A stretch of DNA of 64,000 nucleotides from Scyliorhinus canicula (taxonomy: Eukaryota): positions 7,519,941 through 7,583,940 of the forward strand of contig NC_052175.1 of NCBI RefSeq assembly GCF_902713615.1, written 5' to 3'. Position numbers and translations under genes: made by a program. Shown here piece after piece: positions 22,601 through 36,443 of this stretch. Within the stretch, counting starts at the first letter, position 1; every line of letters begins with the position of its first letter. Under the pieces are notes generated by a model. That model did not search any database and was not told where the DNA came from. It saw nothing but the letters and a program-made list of their open reading frames with translations.

Positions 22601-23950
22601 TTATACAGACAAATGGACAGTGCTCCTTTGAACTCTTGAATTAATAGTTACAGATGGTGGAAAGGCTTTGGTGTTCCTAGCATTTGACGTACTTGCGTAG
22701 CCACAGAATTTATACGGCTAGTCCAGTTTACGGTTGACCCTGGAAGAACCAAACAGAGCATCCCTGAGCAGGTTATTACTGCATAAGGGCTGCTTGATAG
22801 CACTCTTGAAAACCCCTTCCTTTACTCTCCCGATGATAGAGAGTAGACTTATAGGGCGGTAATTGGCCGAATTGGACATGTCGTTTTTGTATAGGAGACA
22901 TCTGGGAAAGTTCTTCCAGTCCCGAGCAGATGCCAGTTTTGTAACTGTACTTGAACAGATTGGCTGGCAGCGCATATATTTGGGAACCGGAATGTTGGCA
23001 CGCTCATATCCTTTGCATTCTCCAGAGTCTTCAGTGTTTTGATAACATGTGGAGTGAATCGAATTGGCTGAAACTGAAAGCTGCGATGCTGGCGAAATCC
23101 AGCGGAAGCCGTGATGGATGATCCACTCGACACTTCTGTCTAAGTTGGTTTTGTAAATACTTCGTCCTAACCTTGGGCATTGATGCACTGGGCCCAACAT
23201 TATTAATGCCAAGGTCATTTCTGGAGTCTCCAATTATACTGAACTGTTTCATTGTCCACCAGAATACACGGTTGTCTGTGACAAGACTGTAGAGCTTAGA
23301 ATGAAACGATTGGATTGGTCTCATAGCTCTGTCCATTACTTGGTGATTATGGTGTTTGGCATGCAATTCTGTTGTACTTTCAGTGGGTTTGTACCTCATT
23401 TCCAAGTTCTTGTACTCTACATTGAACCAGGTTTGGTTCCCTTGCTTGGTGGTGATGGTAGAGTGGCTATGATGGTACAGTGGGGAAGTGCCACGCCATG
23501 TGCTGATAAAATTTACTTGAATACAGTTCTTCTGCTGTTGCTTGCCCACAGTGCCTCATGAACACCCAGGTTTGAGTTACTAAATATGTTTCAATTACCC
23601 TATTTAGCATAGTGATATATCCACACAGCACAATGGACGGTGTCCTCAATTTGAAGACGGGACCTCCTCTTCCCAACGGCCAAGTGCCGCTATTGTCTGC
23701 CGATACCTTTTGTGGACAGTAGATTTGCAGGTAAGCGAGAATTAGGGCAAGAATGTTTTCCCCTCATGTTGGTTCTGGCAGCAACTCCCCGCAGTACAGC
23801 AGTTAGGTGATGTAGGATCCGGCCAGCTCAGTCCGTTGAGCTTTTACGAAGCCACCCTTGGTGCTGGTCATTAAACTCCCCCGTCTAGGCTATAATATGC
23901 GCTTTGGGACGTTCAATACTTTTTCAATGTCGTGTTCACAATAGACGAGA
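22600..23950 (-). mobile_element. Degraded CR1/L2-group LINE (distinct family)
   Basis: ANYRPISLLSIIG..EG..SAIKQ.L..NNLL.DA.FG fragment; same family as 48235-49395. Confidence 0.65.
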
Positions 23951-24749
23951 ACGGATTCGTCAGCTGAGGGAGCACTTTGCGTGGTAATCAGCAGATAGTT
24001 TCCTTGTTCAGTTCGACCTTTTGCCATGAGACCTCATGGAATCCAGAATCGACGTTTCAGACTCCGCAACTCCTTCCCGACTGTGCACACACTATGCCGC
24101 CACCTGTGCTGGCTCTGTCCTTTCAGTGAGGAGAACATAACCAGGAAGACTGATGGTTGTGTGGGACATTATCTATGGGATATGATTATGCGAGGAAGGC
24201 CATGTCAGGCTGTTGCATGAATAGTCTGTGTGTCAACTCTGCCAATATGGACAAACGCCCAGATGATAGGAAGTATGATTTTGCAATGTTTACACAGGTG
24301 TTTTTGCAGTTACATTTTCTGGTGACAAGACCAATGCCGCATGGTCCGTCCGTGTTCTTTCATTTGTGTTTCTTTCGTAGCAGGTGTATGCTCGGCCATT
24401 TATGAGTCAACCAGATTGATTTGGGTCGAGAGTCACATGGTGACCGGCCAGGTCAGGACAGCAGGAGTAATTACAGAAAGCACATTAGTGAAGCAGTTGA
24501 ATTTTTACAACTTATGTATTTGCAGATTCGCCTGTGTCCCCATAGTTTTTCCAATGATATGGGTGACCTATGGAAAGATTGTCCAAGTGTGTTCCAAACA
24601 ATTGTATATTTGTCCATCTAGGCGTTGTCAGTGTTCCTGTGTGTGGTAGTATATACCCCAGTAACTGTGAGCCGCCGATGAGGGGAGTTCATAAGTTGTG
24701 ATTCATATTAGGGATCGTACAATTTTCCTCAAATATCGCAGGTCGAAGG

Positions 24750-25030
24750 TAATATAATCTTTATTATTGCACACGTAGGTGTATGTTAACATTGCAATGA
24801 AGTTACTGCGAAAAGCCCCTCGTCGCCACATTCCGGCGCCTGTTCGAGTACACAGATGGAGAATTCAGAATGTCCAAATTAACTAAAAGCATGTCTTTAA
24901 GTACTTGTGGGTGGAAACCGGAGTACCCGGAGGAAACACACGCAGGCACAGGGAGAGCGTGCAGACTCCGCACAGACAGTGACCCAAGCCGGAATCGAAG
25001 CTGGGATTCTGGCGCTGTGAAGCTAAAATG
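24750..25030 (-). mobile_element. tRNA-derived SINE
   Basis: Same family as 4180-4480. Confidence 0.8.
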
Positions 25031-25076
25031 CTGCAGATGAACTGTGAGCTAATGTCACGTCGACGACTGGTTTGTA

Positions 25077-25262
25077 GGGGCTTGTTTAGCACAGTGGGCT
25101 CAATCGCTGGCTTTCAAAGCAGGCCAAGGCAGGCCAGCAGCGCGGGTTCAATTCCCGTACCATCTCCCCGAACAGGCACCGGAATGTGGCTACGAGCGGC
25201 TATTCACAGTAACATCATTTGGACCCTACTTGTGACAATAAGCGATTTTCATTTCATTTTCA
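25077..25262 (+). mobile_element. Short tRNA-derived SINE with (TTTCA)n tail
   Basis: tttagcacagtggg...ggttcaattccc head; second copy at 40878-41035. Confidence 0.75.
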
Positions 25263-25359
25263 GGATTACACTGTGATTGAGCTGAGTATAGAACAAGCTG
25301 TTCGCTCTTCACTTAAATCTACCCCGGAGGGCAAATCCTCTTCTGTCAAACTTTGTATC

Positions 25360-25545
25360 TCAATGATGTGGAGATGCTGGCCTTGGACTGGGGTGGACAC
25401 AGTAAGATGTCTCACAACACAAGGTTAAAGTTCAACAAGTTTTCTTGGAATCCCAAGCTTTTGGAGCGCAGCTGAGGAAGTTGCTGCGCTCTGAAAGCTA
25501 GTGATTCCAAAAAAACCTCCTGGACTTAACCTGGTGTTGCCAGGC
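25360..25545. repeat. Penelope terminal-repeat derivative arranged as an inverted repeat
   Basis: 25365-25472 is the reverse complement of the 9840-9945 terminus type; arms 25415-25472 and 25483-25539 are complementary with mismatches. Confidence 0.75.
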
Positions 25546-27674
25546 TTCATATTGAGTCTCAATGTTTCACTTCCGCAGGATGTTTTGTAGGTTAGGCGCC
25601 CCAACTATTAAAACAGGAACACCACTGCGAGCTTCCGACTCACTCATCATTATCCATCTCCAGTCTCAAGTGGTTTGTTTGAGCGAGGCGTCTTTAATAG
25701 ATCATAAAATTTACAATGCAGTAGAAGGCCATTCGGCCCAGAGGGTCTGCACCGGCCCGTGGAAACAGCATTCCACCTAACTAAGCGCACCCATCCGTCC
25801 AATCCCCATAGCCCCACCAAACCTTTTGCACAGTAATGGGCAACTGATCACAGACAACCCACCTAACCAACACACTTTAGGACTGTGGGAAGAAAGCGGA
25901 GCAACCGTAGGAAACGCACGCAGACAGGAGGCGGGAATTGAACTCGGGTCCCTGGACGTGTGAGGCAGCAGGCCACCGTCTTTTTGAGGATCCTGGCACA
26001 CCAATGCATGACTCATTGCCAGGCTCCGCTTTCTGTTGCAAAGCCTCCTGACACACTACTTTGTCATTCAAGGATGAGTTGAGACACACTGTTAAGCGGA
26101 ACATTTACTGATCATTTCAGGACTCATTCTGCTAGTCATTGATTCTATCGGACTCTTTACATTCAGATGAATTTATCGCATTTTCCCTTCTCAACTTCTG
26201 TCTCATCAATCAGCAGATTCCCTTTCCGAGGTCCGTGGGGAATCTTACAGGGAATAGGCATCATGGATTTTCCAACTTTAACTTCATAACTGAGTCAAGA
26301 TTCCCATGAGGGGACCGCACAAATTAATTATTTGACCCTTCAACAGTTTCTCAATGTTTTTTCCATGTTAGGATGATGAATTGTGTTCTTTTACCATAAC
26401 CGACACGAAATCCGATGCGTACTTTCATCTTCAAAATAATTTGTTTTTATTAAATCGGCTAACCGAGTGAGTACTGATGTTCAACATAACGATTTTAGTA
26501 AATATTTATTTAATGGGCATCGCTTTTAAGTAATAATTCCGGCTTCTACTTTCAGAAAAAGAGTTCATATAAAGAAAAGCGAACATATTACCATTTGTAC
26601 GTGCATCACCAACACTCGCCGTATTGACGCTCAGAAAACTAGTGAATCAACAGCACCCGTTCGTACAGTAGAGCCGTTTACATGTTTCTACATTTTATTA
26701 TGTTTTATTGCGAGACAAATGGACAATTTTCTGATCAATGTTCATTACCAGTGAGCAAGAATTAGACAATGATGGGGGCTGGGAGCAGGATTAGGTCAAT
26801 GTGACCAACGTGCCCTTTGTGCCAGAAGGGGAAAAAAAGCATTTCGGATAATAATTCTTATTTCCCCCTTTTTCTGGTGTTCCACTTAGAAGTATACAAG
26901 GCCATTTCAGACACATATTCTGACTTCGCCGTTTTACTGATTTTTGGGGCCGTAATTCAATTTTGTGCCCTTGAGTTCGTTCTGTTGCCTGCCCCCCCCC
27001 CCCCCCCCCCCCCCCCACACACACACCCACACAACAGAATCTCAGTATATTTACAGTGCTGCAGTGGCTAGTTGGTTCACGGATCAATGCTGCTTTTCCG
27101 AAAGTGTATAATTGTGTTCCTCTCCTGCATCAGCATCAGCCTCGCGTCCCTTTAGAGTTTATGTTTTCAGTTGGCAACCCATTTCTTTTTTGAAATACCA
27201 GGATCCCTCACCTGCTCAGGACCTTCGTTCCTGAATACAACCACCCTTTGGAGAAAAATAAAATCCTCACACCCGTTGTACTCCTTTTACTTTGGGTCTG
27301 AGGTTTCCTACTATTTGGCCTGTCCATGCCCCTCAGCTTTTCGTATATCTCTATCAAGTCTCTTATCACTCTCTCCTTTTCTCCAATGAAAGGAGATGCA
27401 CCACCCCAGTCTATCATCTTAGCTGCAGCTGCTTAGACCTGGAATCATTCTTGTTAGTTTCCTGTGTTCATTCCAAATACGTTCACATCCTTCCTCAAGA
27501 ATAAGCTTGCAAGTGGTCATAATAGTCACGACGAGACCTCACTCGTGTCTCACACATGTTCAACTGGTCCCCCGCACTTTTGCATTCAAAGCTCCTATTA
27601 ATCCAGCCAACGATACGATATGCTTTGTGAAATACACGCTGAACTTGCCGTACTAATTCCAATAACTTTTTCAC

Positions 27675-27982
27675 GGGCACGCTAGCACAGTGGTTAGTAC
27701 TGTGGCTTTACAGCGCCAGGGTCCCAGGTTTAATTCCCGGCTGTGGCACTGTCTGTGTAGAGTCTTCCCGTGCTCTTCACGTCTGCGTGGGTTTCCACCG
27801 GGTCTCCAGTTTTCTCCCACATGGTCTGAAAGACATGCTGTTAGGTAATAGGACATTCTGAGTTCTCACTCTGTGTATCCGAACAGACGCAAGAATGTGG
27901 CGACTAGGGACTTTTCACAGTAAGTTCATTGCAATGTAAGGCTACTTTGTGACAATGAAGATTGTTATTATTATTATTATAT
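27675..27982 (+). mobile_element. tRNA-derived SINE with (TAT)n tail
   Basis: Head, central domain and tail present. Confidence 0.85.
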
Positions 27983-30129
27983 ACCTTTGTTCCGACTCTT
28001 CCTTGAGAGTTTCAAAAATAAATTGGTACTATCTCTCCATATTCTTAGTGCCATAATAAATCACCTCATAAGTCTCCGATGCATTGAACGTTTTCATTTT
28101 TTTCTACCCAATATCCCAACATTTTGAATTTCTGGACTACTGTCACTATAATTGACAACGTTCCTGATTTTCGTATCTGCAAGTTATATTTAAAACATGT
28201 CCTGAACACTACATTCTAGGTCATGAATCTTTACAGTGAACAGGAAGCTACACGACAGGCCTTTATCCCAATCTCAAAAGCAACAATGTACTGTGCTCCT
28301 GGTCTTCCTGTCACGAAACCCATATCCGATTAATGTTTCTTCTTGCCCGCTTATTCTATAACAATTTAAACCTGACCAGCTTAGCATCGAATGCATACAA
28401 TAACCCAGCGCCCAGTTCGCTATTACGAAGGTAATGCGAAGCACGAAGGGCCATGTGAGCATTGCTCCTCATCTCCGTCATAAATGGGTGATGCCTTATT
28501 CGGAAACTGTGACTTCCAGGACCAGATTCCTACAGGAGAGGATACATCCACTCAACGTCTGCGTTGCAAAACTCCTTCAGTTTTGCAATGCTTCAACACG
28601 ATCAGGTCTCATTGTTGAATTTACAATAAGTAGTGCTTTTGGGATAAGTTAACGACCCTTCCGTTTGAGATGGCAAGGCATGTGTTCGAATTACACGGTC
28701 GACTTCTATTGAAATTTGAACACAACACACAAGCTTCTATTAAAAGTCTAATGATGAGCATGAAGCAATTGTTGATTTCGTTCTAATCCATGTTGTTGTT
28801 CTTTGCAGAAATAAATCTGTCATCGCTTACCTGATCTATCTGGTATCCAACTCCATGTCTAGAGGCATGTGATTTGCTCTGAAATGAGTAATTACAGATG
28901 GGTAATACCCAGAGACCATGAATGGAAAAAAAATAAGCATTACAATCCCTTTTATGGCTCTGTTTGGAAATCCCATTTGACATCCAATAATGGAATGATA
29001 TGCTGAAACAATACACTTTATCGAACATTTTGGACTTGCAGTCATATAAAACTCCTATACATTTTACAGCCGAATCATGATCTTTCTCTCTGAAAACAAC
29101 AGGGCACCCTGTGGCGATATGTGTTGTTTCTCGTACCCAGTTCAAGCCCGACTAGCAATCCTTATTTAGTTTCCAGACTATTTGTGTTGTTTTATAAACG
29201 TTATTGTCACAAAGAGGCTTAAACACTGTAATGAAGTTACGGTGAAAAGCCCCCAGTCTTCATATTCCGGCGCCTGTTCGGGTACACAGAGGGAGAATTC
29301 AGAATGTCCAATTCACCGAACAGCACGTCTTTCGGAACTAGTGGGTGGAAACCTGAGCGTACGGAGGCACGAGGAGAACGTGCATATTCCGCACAGAAAT
29401 GACCCATCCGGGAATCAACCTGGACCCTCCGCTGCCACAATGTACTGGTGATAGTTTAGCAAATCATGTTAATCGTACAAACACATATGGTGTTTAACAG
29501 TGTGTTTGAGCTGTCCAGGTAGTGGTTCTTCCGACATTTTCTGCACCTGGGTCATCGCAACCAGCCTGAACGAGATGTTTTTTGATAGGTCATTAAGATA
29601 TACGGCCGACATGGACAAGTTCTCATACTCTGCAAAGGTGACCAGCCCCTTCCCCGACATTGTATTCTTGATTTTGTCCGTATGAGTGAAAGGCGAAAAT
29701 AATGGACGAATTACGTTCTGTATCACCAGGGTGACTGTTAATACAAAAATAAAGTAAATATAGAAAGTGTATTTGGAGATCACCGATCAAAACTAACTTC
29801 CAGCCACTTGTTTTTTGAATTCGAGCTACTCATATGGTTGAATGTCACACAAGACTGAAGTGTGCAGTTGGGCCTCTGTATGTTGTCAGTGCTCATATTT
29901 CTGCATAAATATGTGTTCATGTATGTATGTGCCTGTGCATCCATGCAAGTTTCAATTATTGACTGGATGCGTGCTTCACGGATAGTTCCTGTATATTTGA
30001 CAAGTCCAGAAGTTATCGGCCAACTCCAATTTCCCTTGTCAAGGTACCTTTGAACCTCCTTCCTGGAATACTGCAGTCAATGTAGTGCAGGTATATCCAC
30101 ATTATTGTTAGCTGGCCGTCGGAGTGAAT

Positions 30130-30672
30130 TGAATTGGATTTCGTGTTGTGTCACGTGTACCAAGGTACAGTGAAAATGTTTTTCTGAGAGCAGCTTAACA
30201 GATCATTTAGAACATGAAAAGAAAAGGAAATAAAAGAAAATACGTAATAGAGCAACACAAGATACACAGTGTAACTACATAACACCGGATCGGGTGAAGC
30301 ATACGGGGGTGTGGTATTAATGAGTTCGGACCATAAGAGTGTGGTATCAGCGGAAATAAGTTGTTTTTCAGTCTATTGGTGCGTGTTCTCAGACTTTTGC
30401 ATCTGCTGCCCGATGGAATAAGTTCGAAGAGTGAGTAAGCTGCGTGGGAGTGGTCCTTGATGATGCTGCCCGCCTGTCGCAGGCATCGAGAGGTGCAGAT
30501 GGAGCCAATGGATGGTAGGCAGGGTCGTGTGATGGACTGGGCTGTGTTCACGACTCTGGTTTCTTGCGGTCTTGGGCCGAGCAGTTGCCATGCCAGGCCG
30601 TGATGCAGCCAGATAGGATGTTTTCTATGATGCATCTGTCAAAGTTTGCAAGAGTTAATGTGGACATGTCCA
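30130..30672 (-). mobile_element. Rex1/Babar-type LINE 3' end
   Basis: RVVNTAQSITRPCLPSIGSICTSRCLRQAGSIIKDHSH...LFELIPSGSRCKSLRTRTNRLKNNLFP, the characteristic C-terminus of this group. Confidence 0.75.
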
Positions 30673-33600
30673 AGATATCCATACGGTTTCAAAACAGCTG
30701 CAATGAATTAAAGATGACTACAATTCCAAGTCAGGCTTATTTGTGGCTTAGAGGTGATGGTGTTTCTGCGCATAGAATTGTGTTCATATGTTTGTGCTCA
30801 CCTCTCCCCCCTGATGTTAGATTTGGTCTGCGTGTGCGTGTTTTGTAAGTGTTTGTTTTCGTCTGTGTCCGAGTGTGTCTGTGCTGGAAGTAGACGCCAC
30901 TAAACAGTGGCCCTTGGAAACCGCCAACAGTTATTTCTTCTGCCTATGAAGTCTTTGGACTTTCCGGTAGGCTAACCACTGAACACGTTCCAATTCTCTG
31001 ATGCTACAGAACTTGATTAATCATTTGGAACAGTCTCCTTTCACTGTGGGCAAAGTGACACTGGCAGAAACAGCGTTATCTGTACCAGTCAAACATTCTA
31101 GAATCCATGCTTGGATAGTAAAAAGGAATGCAATGAAATCTAATTTTAAATTGAGCGATTGATATTCGTTTCCTTTTTTCTATAAAGTGGAAATCAGCAA
31201 CGTGCCTAATAGAACCACGAAATCATAGAATCCGTACAATGCAGATGGAGGCTATTCGACCCATCCAGCCTTTACCTTCCCTCTTAAAGAACACACCAGC
31301 CAACCCACTCGCATTCCCTTAGCCCAATAACCCGTTGAAATAACCTACATATCTTTAGATAGTAATGGGCAATTTAGCACTGCCAATCCGCCTCACATGA
31401 AAATATTTCGACGGTGGTTCAAACAGGACCAGCCGGATCAAACCACGTAGACACGGGGAGAAGGTAGAAAATTCACACAGATAGACACTCAAGGCCTGAA
31501 TCGATTCCGGTCATAGGCGGATATCAGGAAAGGCTTGTTTGCGCAAAAGCCTATACATTTGAGTCAGTTTTATCTTGAGATGTCATTAATCCTTTCCGTC
31601 TTCCCGAGTGAAGCCTGGAAGGACCAAAATAGTATCTTCCTAAATTGGTGCATAAAACAGAACATGTTGTTTGGCATTGTAGGGAACCAAGTGTTCCATC
31701 ACCAACTTTTACTTCACAGAGTTGCGCTTCCTTGTTGTCTGAAGCTTGCAAACCTAACATGTACGGACATGAAGAAACAAAATATCCATGGCAAAAACAA
31801 ATGTTCCAAGGCAGGCACCAGAAGAAATGCGGCAGCTAAATTCATGCAATTCCAGTGACCTTGGGGTTTTGACAAAGAAACCGAGGGTGCGGAATCCGGG
31901 ATGTTATAATGGAGCTGCATTCGGCTTGACCTGGGGTATTGTGCCCAGTTCTGAGCACGGCACTGGTGGAAAGAACGGGAGGCAGCTGAGATGATGTGAA
32001 AGTATTTTCGGAAATGGGAATGTAAGACTGTTCTTCTCGGTGGAGTCAAAGTGAAGGCAAGAATTAATTGAGGTGCGCAATATCTCGAGGGATATGGGCA
32101 GAGTGACAGAAAGAAACTACCACCACTGATGGAAGGGGGAGAACTTCAGGCAATCTATTTAATGCAGACTGATTAGGACCTTGAATGCACTGCCCGAGAT
32201 TGAGGTACATGGTGGTTAAATTATGGCATCGAAAAGAGAATTGCGCAAGAGCACAGCATAGGGGAGGGTCAGCTGCATTTACCGGCCTACTATGGAAAGA
32301 TAAGGCTGTGTTTCTAGCTAACGTCGTCTTGCAGACATCAAGAAGGGGCTCATTGAGCCGAATGGACTGCTTCTCTGATAGTACCGTTCTGTAGTTCTCT
32401 GCCTGTCATTGTGTCAAATTTGAACAAGAGCACAGAAACCAAACTTCTTATGGTTCCTAAGAGGAAGGTCTTCTCCAGGCAGACGAATGTCTACCGAGTA
32501 TCAGAATTCAAAGGTAACTGGACTGTTATACCTCAAGTTGTCTACTGGGGGGAAATTCTGGACATTCTGCACATGCTGAAAATGGCAGATAGGTTCAAAA
32601 ATGCTATTTCTGGGTCAGCTTGGGAGGCCACAAAATGTAAATAATGTGAAGAGGAACGTTGTGGTTGAAGATGGACCGTAGTTTGTGAGGACATAGCGCA
32701 CTCATTGAATGGCTGGTGGCGGCATGTTTGCAAATAACACCATGCCAGACTTTTGCACTATCACAAAACTATTTCTGAAGGGACATCGCAGATTTAGTTG
32801 CCTAGCAAGGCCATTTGGTTTGTTTTTTTTAGTAAAATAAGTTACAAAATGTATGACACCACCCAAAACGTCATATCCAGGATACTAATACCCGATTTCA
32901 CAATGTCTTGGCTGATTAATATTTAGCTCCGGCTCCCAGTCAGAAAATCAGCCAGTGGGTCATTGCTTTCCAATGTTGGTCTATTGCCTGAAACTCATCA
33001 TCCATATGGCAGCCACGTCCAGCTTGCTGGTGATTGGTAAGTCAGTCTTCATTAGAGCATTTGATTAACAACAATAGATGTGACCGAGATGTTTTGATTT
33101 TCATTTTAGCCTTTCTCTGAAACTATGAAATGAATAAGTTTCAGCTAAGAATTTTTATTCAATTCTGCAAACTAAAAAACTCATTATTTTCTGACATTTA
33201 AGGATCCATATGATACATGTTCCTGATGTTGCTTGTTTTCTGAGCATCCTTTCCATTCTTAATTCTTTAATTCTTAAAGTTCCGCACAAACTCTGAATCC
33301 GTTTTCCATACTTTGTTTTGTTCAAACACCCATCTGCTCACTCTCCAAGCAGGCAGTGAAGTTCGGCCCATGTTATTAAATCTATGCATGGTTTCTCAAA
33401 CCCCCACCCCTTACAAATGTAAGGAATCTACACTAGCTCCCGTAGTTCTCATCATTTTATCGAAATGCCGCCTTGACTCCTCACCACTTCTTCATGCACC
33501 TGATCGTCCAGCCGCTACAATTTTGATGTCTGTTTAACTCCTTCATTGTCCAGTCTCCTCCCGCCCCTGTAACTAATTACTCCGCCAATAATTGTCGTAC

Positions 33601-34309
33601 TCCTGTTCAAAGCCCTCCATGGCCGTTAAAACATTCACTTGCTCTTGAATCAGTCCTAACTCCTGCAATTTTCATCATTCTGTTTAAATCGAAAAACTTT
33701 GCATCACCTCTGCCTTCATATCTCCAAAACATCCTCCACAAGCTACAATGCGCAACTGACAAATAAAATAACTTCATGGCCTTCATGACTGCCCCTTTAA
33801 TTTTTTTTTCCTTTAAACACGTTACCATCTTATTTCCTTTCTCAGACCGTCTGTCCTTTGTTTTTTCGCTGAAAGGGGACTTGTCAAATGCTCTTCCGAA
33901 TCTAGTTTAACTGATGCAGTTATTGTTTGTAAAATGTGCTTTTTAATGTTCAGCACGCTTTCTCGTAGAACATTCTGTGCTGTACTCTTCTAATTCTAAT
34001 TCTAATTCAACATGCATAAGAACATATTAACTGGGAGCAGGAGTCGGCCATTTGGCCCTTCGAGTCTGCTTCGCCATTCAATAAGTTAATGGCTGATCTT
34101 TTGTGCACTCAGCTCGACGTTCCGGACCGAACAGAATCACCCTTTTTCATTTATTCTTCAAAAATCTATCTATCTTTGCACTGAAAAACATTTAATAAAG
34201 AAGCCGCCGCAACTGCTTCACTGGGCAGGGAATTATTTAGATTCACAACCTTTTGGGTGAAGAAGCTCCTCCTAAGCTGACTCCGAAGTGTACATCCCCT
34301 TATTTTCCT

Positions 34310-34531
34310 TTTTTAATTTTAGAGCACCCAATTCATATTTTACAATTAAGGGGCGATTTAGCGAAGCCAATCCATAGAATCTGCACATATTTTGGGCTGT
34401 GGGAGAGAACCCCACGCAGATAGGGGGAGAATGTACAAACTCCACAGGGACAGTGACCCAGAGCCGGGATCAAAGCTGGGGCCTCGGCGCCATGAGGCAT
34501 TGGTGATAATCACTGCGCCACCTTGCTACCC
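34310..34531 (-). mobile_element. tRNA-derived SINE
   Basis: Same family as 14455-14670. Confidence 0.75.
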
Positions 34532-34960
34532 TTACTTCCCGTTATTTTGAGGCTTTGCCCCCAAGTTCTGCTTTCACACGTCAGTGGAAGCAACCGTCCC
34601 GCATCTATCCGATCTAATCCCGACATAATATTATATGTTTCTTAAAATCTCGCCCGTATCCTTCTAAGTTAAACGAGTACGGTCCACGTTTTCTCAACCT
34701 CTCCTCGTAATCCAACCTGCTGAACTCTGGGATTAGCCAAGTGAATCTTCTCTGCACACACCCTCCAGCGCCAATACGTCCTTTTGTCAGGTAAGGAGAC
34801 TGATACTAAACACAATACTCCAGATGTGGTCTCACTAAGACCTTATACAGTTGCAGCATAACCTCCCCAGTCGTAAAAGCCATTCCTCTAGCAATGAAGG
34901 ACAAAACTCCATTCGCCTTCTTAATCACCTGTTGCACCTGGAAACCAACTTTTTGCGACT

Positions 34961-35307
34961 CATAGAATCATGGGACTTACAATGCAGAAGTAGGTCATTC
35001 GGCCGATCGAATCTGTACCGGCCTTTACAAAGAGCACCCGACTCAAGCCCACGTCTCTACCCTATCCACGTAACCCAGTAACTCCCACTTAACATTTTTT
35101 GGACACTAAGGTCAATTTAACATGGCCAATCCACCTAACCAGCACATCTTTGGACTGTGGTAGGAAACCGAAGCACCCAGAGAAAATCCACTCAGACACG
35201 AGGAGAACGTATAGACTCCGCACAGACAGTGACCCAAGTCCCGTATCGAACCTGGAACCCTGGAGCTGCGAAGCAACTGTGCGAAACACTACGGTACCGT
35301 GCTGCCC
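34961..35307 (-). mobile_element. V-SINE
   Basis: Same family as 16286-16612. Confidence 0.85.
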
Positions 35308-36443
35308 ACTAGGACGCCCGGGTTCCTCTGCACAGCAGCATGTTTCAACATTTTGTCATTTAAATAATAATCCTTTAGCTGTTATTACTACCAAAATGGA
35401 TAACCTCACGTTTGCCCTTATTATATTCCATCTGCCAGAACCGAGATCATTCACTGAAAGTATCCAAATCCCTCTGCAGACTTCCAGTATCTTCTGCACT
35501 TTCTTCTTTACCACTCATCTTCATGTCGTCTGCAAACTTGGACACATTGCTCTCGGTCCCGAATTCCAAATCATCGATGTAAATTGTGAACAATTGTGGG
35601 CCGAACGCTGATCCCTCTGGGACACCACAGGGTACTGATTGCCAAACAGGGTAACAGCCATTATTCCCAACGTTTCTTTCTATTAATTAACCAATCCACT
35701 ATCCATGCTACTACTTTACCCTTAACGCCACGCATCTTTATCTGATGCAGCAACCTTTTGTGTGGCTTTGTAAAAAGCTGTCTGGAAAGCCAGATATACC
35801 ACATCCCTTGGCTCCCCGTTGTCTACCGAACTAGTAATGTTCTCAAAATATTCCGCTGAATTAGTTAGTCACGACCCGTCCTTTATGAATACATGCTGAG
35901 TCTGTCCAATGGGACAATTTCCATCCAGATGTCGCGCTATTTCTTTCTTGATGATAGATTCCAGCATCTTTCCTACCACAGAAATTAAGCTCACTGGCCT
36001 ATAATTACTCGCTTTCTGCCTACCTCCTTTTTAAACAGTGGTGTCACGTTTGCTAATTTCTAATCCGCAGGGACCACCCCAGAGTCTATTGAAGTTTGGT
36101 AAATTATCACGAGTGCTTTCGCAATTACCCTAGACATCACTTCTAATACCCTGGGATGCATTCCACCAGGAGACTGTCTACCTTTAGCCCTATTAGCTTG
36201 CCCATCACTACCTCCTTCGTGAAAATAAGCGTCTCAGGATGCTCACCTGTCATTGCCAAATTTCCATCCGTCACTGACGTGTTATTTATGTCATCCACTG
36301 TGAAGACCGACGCCAGCAACCTGTTCAGTTCGTCAACCTTTTCCTATTATTAAATTTCGCTTCTCATCCACTAAAGGACCAACATTTACAATGAGATCAT
36401 GTATCAACCCTGTCTCAGTACACAGGACCAGATCTAGGCACGC

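Larger units (their letters stand above)
34015..36385 (-). mobile_element. Degraded CR1 LINE (second subfamily) interrupted by two SINEs
   Basis: Reverse complement resembles 45520-47315; tail acataagaacata at 34015. Confidence 0.8.

Noticed and set aside
24385-24649. Acceptor followed by GVCSAIYES... as a degenerate V exon
   Set aside because: No Ig Cys/Trp spacing in any frame.
27087-27155. MLLFRKCIIVFLSCISISLASL as a signal-peptide exon
   Set aside because: Ends in a stop with no usable phase-1 GT donor.
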